A stretch of DNA of 53,417 bases. It comes from Methanothrix sp. GTDB lineage: Archaea; Halobacteriota; Methanosarcinia; Methanotrichales; Methanotrichaceae. The first letter of the stretch is position 1, and every line of letters starts with the position of its first letter. The stretch spans positions 1 to 53,417 of the forward strand of contig JBAXWY010000016.1 in the NCBI GenBank assembly GCA_037128175.1, read 5' to 3'. The notes below the pieces were generated by a model. That model was given only the letters and a program-made list of their open reading frames with translations, searched no databases and had not been told where the DNA came from. A program made the translations under genes and the position numbers. Below are positions 49,784 through 53,417 of the stretch, piece by piece.

Positions 49784-49938
49784 TTCTTATGGAATGCTTT
49801 CTTGATTCGTTCCCTGGTTGCAAGAGCTTCCTCTTTGGTTACTGCCCAAACTATATTGCCGTTGATATCCACGGCGCCGCCATAGGGAAGCTGGTTTTTC
49901 TCCGAATCGTATCTTTGGCCAACTACTTCTTCAGTCAT
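49780..49938 (-). CDS. Putative antitoxin, 52 aa
   Basis: MTEEVVGQRYDSEK...; ATGA overlap with the PIN gene. Confidence 0.6.
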   Translation of the reverse strand: MTEEVVGQRYDSEKNQLPYGGAVDINGNIVWAVTKEEALATRERIKKAFHKK

Positions 49939-49996
49939 TCTTTTCCTTGGTCCAGGTTTTGATTCATGAAAAGAAATAGTTTTTCGTCGGATTCCT

Positions 49997-50215
49997 TTAT
50001 CCGCTCGCCGCTTCCACAATCCCGATCTCCTCCTTCGTCAGCCCATAAAGCCGTGCCCCCGTCGATCTGCCCGTTCGTGGCTTCGATCTGGCCGCTTGCA
50101 GAGCAGTCTTTTCGTGGGGCGTGCCAGGCTTTCGGGGAGCTGTTTATGTAAGGAGAGCGTCTAGCACCACCAGGGAGACCAGGCGAACGTGACGGGCGAC
50201 GTCTTCGGAATGATC
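49997..50215 (-). repeat. Array repeat R2: degenerate Type IIG RM C-terminus fragment
   Basis: EDVARHVRLVSLV..LHKQLPE..PHEKTALQ..QIEATNGQID..LYGLTKEEIGIVE. Confidence 0.9.
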
Positions 50216-50235
50216 CAATAAATAAAAATTATTTT

Positions 50236-50595
50236 TTAATATAAGATATAACTCTCTCTGCCCTGATCAAAAGCATCCTGAGACATTGAAGACAAACCAC
50301 TGATTGAATCGTCATAATCTGCTCTATTACGATGATTTCGCAGACGTCTTAATTCCAAGGCCAGTTTCCTTCCATTGCTTCTCTTGCCTAAGCTGTAGAG
50401 CTGGCTAATGACATAACTGTTGACGCTTTCATCAGGGATGGGCTTGTGCTCCACATCTCTTAGATGGTTTCTAGCGATACAAAAGGCCGCATAGTATGCC
50501 CTGCTAATTGATGAGCGAAGCCTTGCTTCATCTTTCTCACCTGGTGATGCCAGACTTTTTGCCAGGCTCAAGTAGCGACACCAGTCGAAGCCTAT
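50236..50595 (-). pseudogene. HEPN-domain toxin, probably inactivated
   Basis: FDWCRYL..RSSISRAYYAAF..LRNHRNRADY; the expected ATGA start overlap reads ATAG; apparent +1 frameshift near the C-terminus. Confidence 0.72.
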
Positions 50596-50963
50596 TCGTA
50601 CTCCACCTGAATGAGCAGCTTTGAGTCTGATGCATCGGAGGCATTGAGCCACCAATTATCGTCTAGTTGATCCAGTTTATCAATGGCATCTAGCGGCAAT
50701 AGGTCGGTGCAGATGTAGATCACCAACTGTTTTTCGCCAATCTCGTCCGGATCAGTCACGACTTCTAAAAATAGAATCTCTGAAGGGAAATAATTTCGTA
50801 TTCGATGGTAGGCCTCCATCAGCAAAGGCAAAAGATGCGGATTACTGCCAACAAAGTCGTACACATCTTTCACAGTCTTTAGTGTGTATTTGTTATTGAG
50901 GAGTACCATGTCATGATTTAGCTTGGTATCTCCTCGATCTACGACATCCACCTCAGTGATCAT
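50592..50963 (-). CDS. HEPN-associated partner protein (putative antitoxin)
   Basis: LLPLLMEAY..YFP..LEVVTDPDE..LDDNWWL; coupled to the HEPN gene. Confidence 0.65.
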   Translation of the reverse strand: MITEVDVVDRGDTKLNHDMVLLNNKYTLKTVKDVYDFVGSNPHLLPLLMEAYHRIRNYFPSEILFLEVVTDPDEIGEKQLVIYICTDLLPLDAIDKLDQLDDNWWLNASDASDSKLLIQVEYE

Positions 50964-51039
50964 CTGAATTTCCCAACGCCTGGCTTGGAATAAATAGATT
51001 TCATCGGCTAGGAAATCAACTGCATTACCTGGCTTCCCG

Positions 51040-51177
51040 CTTCCACAATCCCGATCTCCTCCTCCGTCAGCCCATAAAGCCGGCCCCCCGTCGATCTGCC
51101 CGTCCGTGGCCTCGATCTGGCCGCTTGCAGGGCAGTCTTTTCGTGAGGCGTGTCGGTTTCGGGGAGCTGTTTATGCA
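51040..51177 (-). repeat. Array repeat R3: degenerate Type IIG RM C-terminus fragment
   Basis: HKQLPETDTPHEKTALQ..QIEATDGQID..LYGLTEEEIGIVE. Confidence 0.9.
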
Positions 51178-51252
51178 TAAGGATTATCCTTTGACGATCG
51201 CAAGGTTAAAATTGAATCAGCCCATTAGTGGAACAAGGGGGAATAGTGTAAC

Positions 51253-51513
51253 GTGCCGTTTACTAAAGTTGATGAAAAAGGCAGAATGGTTCTACCTAAT
51301 GAGATCAGGCGCAAGATGAAAATCGCTCCGGGTGATGAATTTGTTGTGGACGAGGTCGGGCCGGACACAATTATAATTAGAAAAGTGGATGTGCGAGCTA
51401 TGATTCAGGATGCGATTGAACGTGCCAAGTCCGTAGACCTCGACAAGCTCCAAAAAGAGATGAACGAAGAGGGAAACAGAGTTGCCAGAAAGATATACAA
51501 GGTTCTTGATTGA
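51253..51513 (+). CDS. AbrB/MazE/SpoVT-type antitoxin
   Basis: TKVDEKGRMVLPNEIRRKMKIAPGDEF. Confidence 0.88.
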   Translation: MPFTKVDEKGRMVLPNEIRRKMKIAPGDEFVVDEVGPDTIIIRKVDVRAMIQDAIERAKSVDLDKLQKEMNEEGNRVARKIYKVLD

Positions 51514-51895
51514 CTCCAATCTTTTTATAGCAGCGGTAAAGAGCGGTTGGACGAAGAGTTCGGAGCTTCTCTCTGTTCTCCTGGATGGCTCTTTCGAACT
51601 GGTTGCCAACAAATCTTTGCTTGCGGAGTATGAGAAATATGCTCAGCAACTTGATGCGCAATATATCTTCTTTTACATGAAGAGCCGGATTATTTTGATT
51701 GATCTGTCCGAAGACGAGGTACAAAGATGCAAGCCATTCTTTCCTGAAAGTCAGGCATCTGATGTGGTTCATGCTGCAACTTGTCTTCATACCGCAGCAG
51801 TCCTGATCACAAATGATAAACATTTTGATAAAATAAGAGATGCCGATCTCATAAGAGTTTGGTGCATCTCCGAGGCCATTAAAAATCTGCTCTGA
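51482..51895 (+). CDS. PIN-domain (VapC-like) toxin
   Basis: LIDSNLFI..LLAEY..SDVVHAATC..LITNDKHF. Confidence 0.88.
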   Translation: MPERYTRFLIDSNLFIAAVKSGWTKSSELLSVLLDGSFELVANKSLLAEYEKYAQQLDAQYIFFYMKSRIILIDLSEDEVQRCKPFFPESQASDVVHAATCLHTAAVLITNDKHFDKIRDADLIRVWCISEAIKNLL

Positions 51896-51917
51896 ATACC
51901 TCAAACAGGATTATCGT

Positions 51918-52140
51918 TCAACCATTTTGCATTGCAGCATCTTCCACAATCCCAATCTTCTCTTCCGTCAATGCGTAAAGCTCGTAGACCAGCGCATCGA
52001 TCAGGCCGCTTGCCAGGGCGGTCTTTTCGTGAGGCGTGCTGACTTTCGGGGAGCTGTTTATGCAAGGCGAGCATTTGCTCCACCTGGGAGACCATGCGAA
52101 CGTTGTCGGCGACGTCGGCGGGATCGGAGAAATCGATGGT
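51918..52140 (-). repeat. Array repeat R4: least-degenerate Type IIG RM C-terminus fragment
   Basis: TIDFSDPADVADNVRMVSQVEQMLALHKQLPE/TPHEKTAL..IDALVYELYALTEEKIGIVE. Confidence 0.92.
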
Positions 52141-52166
52141 TAGAGCCGAAGAAATTTCAGTTCGCT

Positions 52167-52439
52167 TTACATATTATTATAAGCATGATCATGATGATCG
52201 AAGTTTTGAAACTCTATCCTTTTTTCGTTTGCGAAGACTTGATAGATGATAACCCAATGCTTGGCTACATGCGTGCTCTGTTTCCCCGCTAAGTTTCCAC
52301 TTAAATTTTCGCCTATTTCGGGGTTTGCAGCAATTTCCTCGACCCTTTTAAGAACTCTCTCCCTCAAAGGTGTATTCTTTTTTGTCAAGCGTTTAAAATT
52401 TCTTTGAAACTGTGGGGCAAAATCAAGATGAAAGATCAT
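52167..52439 (-). CDS. RelE/ParE/YafQ-family toxin
   Basis: FAPQFQRNFKRL..NPEIGENLSGNLAG..HWVIIY..HHDHAY; 90 aa. Confidence 0.85.
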   Translation of the reverse strand: MIFHLDFAPQFQRNFKRLTKKNTPLRERVLKRVEEIAANPEIGENLSGNLAGKQSTHVAKHWVIIYQVFANEKRIEFQNFDHHDHAYNNM

Positions 52440-52600
52440 AGATCGCGTAGATAGGCGATTGCGTCCTCCACTTTATCAAATCGCTTCGCCAGACCCATTT
52501 TGCATTCCCTGGCGCCTTTTAAAGTTCCGGCAACAATGCGCTCATCTTCTTCAAGAGGCACCGTTTTCTTTGCTGGCACCTTGGATATTTTCGCTTTCAT
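52436..52600 (-). CDS. Putative antitoxin of the RelE toxin, 54 aa (absent from the ORF track)
   Basis: MKAKISKVPAKKTVPLEEDERIVAGTLKGARECKMGLAKRFDKVEDAIAYLRDL*; ATGA overlap with the toxin start. Confidence 0.75.
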   Translation of the reverse strand: MKAKISKVPAKKTVPLEEDERIVAGTLKGARECKMGLAKRFDKVEDAIAYLRDL

Positions 52601-52659
52601 CTCTGATCGCCTGATTTAAACATGGATTTAATGCTTTTAAAAACTTTCGCCAAAGGCTT

Positions 52660-52867
52660 CTAGCTTCTCGCCGCCTCCACAATCCGGATCTCCACCTCCG
52701 TCAGCCCATAAAGCCGGGCCCCCGTCGATCTGCCTGTCCGTGGCCTCGATCTGGCCGCTTGCAGGGTAGTCTTTTCGTGAGGCGCGCCTGGCTTTTGGGG
52801 AGCTGTTTATGCAAGGCGAGCGTCTAGCACCACCCAGGGAGACCATGCGAACGTGGCGGGCGGCCTC
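52660..52867 (-). repeat. Array repeat R5: degenerate Type IIG RM C-terminus fragment
   Basis: AARHVRMVSL..LALHKQLP..PHEKTTLQ..QIEATDRQID..LYGLTEVEIRIVE. Confidence 0.9.
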
Positions 52868-52914
52868 TTGTGGATTGCAGAATTAATAATTGATCTGAAG
52901 CTTCATCAGTTTTA

Positions 52915-53361
52915 TCACAAACCTATCGTTTTCCGAGCATCTTTCAGCGAGACAATTTTGAGCTGAAAGCCTTCTGGAACCTGATAGTGCCGAAGAATTT
53001 TGTCGGTCGTAATAAGAAAGTCCATACCGTAAGCTAACGAGTATCCAAGATGGGTTCGATCCGTAGGCTGCATTCGATCTTGGCATTCTTCAACAAGATT
53101 CCAGCAAATTTCGGCGGCTTCATCGCTCGGCAGAAGAAAACGGATCTCCAGTTTTCTCCACAGCTCTATCAAAGCCGAGATCTGCTCCAGTTTCTGCGGA
53201 TCTTTGCTTTCCTTCTCGATGGTTATGGTTTTGAAGACGGTTTCAGCCAGAACGGAGAACGGAACGCAAAGTTCAAGATCTGGATGATTATCGATGTGCT
53301 CCAGAAGGCTGGAGGCTAGACGCACATTTCTTTCTCTTTTATCCTGGCCGACAGAAAAGAA
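52915..53361 (-). pseudogene. PIN-domain toxin lacking its N-terminal ~11 codons (paralog of 49508..49783)
   Basis: Near-identical DNA to 49690-49750 ends abruptly at ~53361; retains PTDRTHL..LITTD. Confidence 0.7.
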
Positions 53362-53417
53362 GGGCTCTTCGCTATTTCCAGTTGCTAACCTCAGGTTACT
53401 ATGTTTTTCCAGTTGTT

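Noticed and set aside
48367-52846. Small ORFs 48367..48597, 51901..52095, 52637..52846, 49966..50151 and 51125..51319 as genes
   Set aside because: They are chance or frameshifted translations of repeats R1-R5
48418-52867. CRISPR array or classical integron
   Set aside because: Repeats are 140-220 bp with gene-sized spacers; no cas genes, no IntI-like tyrosine recombinase and no clear attC R/L boxes in the window
1-53417. tRNA or rRNA genes
   Set aside because: No cloverleaf/T-loop or rRNA signature recognised by eye; a tRNAscan-SE/Infernal run would be needed to exclude them

Overview
Archaeal chromosomal window, most likely a Methanosarcinales methanogen of the Methanothrix (Methanosaeta) type. 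This is inferred from cfbC-cfbB, a Methanosarcinales-type S-layer protein, aTrm56, archaeal TpiA and GGR plus ferredoxin. The core is housekeeping and metabolic: cfbCB, DHS-like/speA, fdhF-nfnA-fdhC, nfnB, gdhA, hisHF, GGR, tpiA, trm56, a RecJ-like nuclease and a LolCDE-like ABC system. Two accessory loci stand out. (1) 48.4-53.4 kb is an integron-like array of toxin-antitoxin cassettes (PIN, HEPN, AbrB-PIN, RelE). The cassettes are separated by five co-oriented ~140-220 bp repeats, each a frameshifted copy of the conserved C-terminal end of a Type IIG restriction-modification gene. One PIN toxin is split by a 150-bp IS200/IS605-type mini-element. (2) 8.55-10.88 kb is a GxxExxY island bounded by CGCGAAG-based inverted repeats, lying between two versions of the cfbB 3' end. 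Both loci show cargo next to a stranded gene 3' end. Also notable are a HisB paralog lacking catalytic residues, a CHAT-STAND-TPR protein with a dead CHAT domain, and a candidate NrpR operator. All calls come from motif recognition by eye; no database searches were run.
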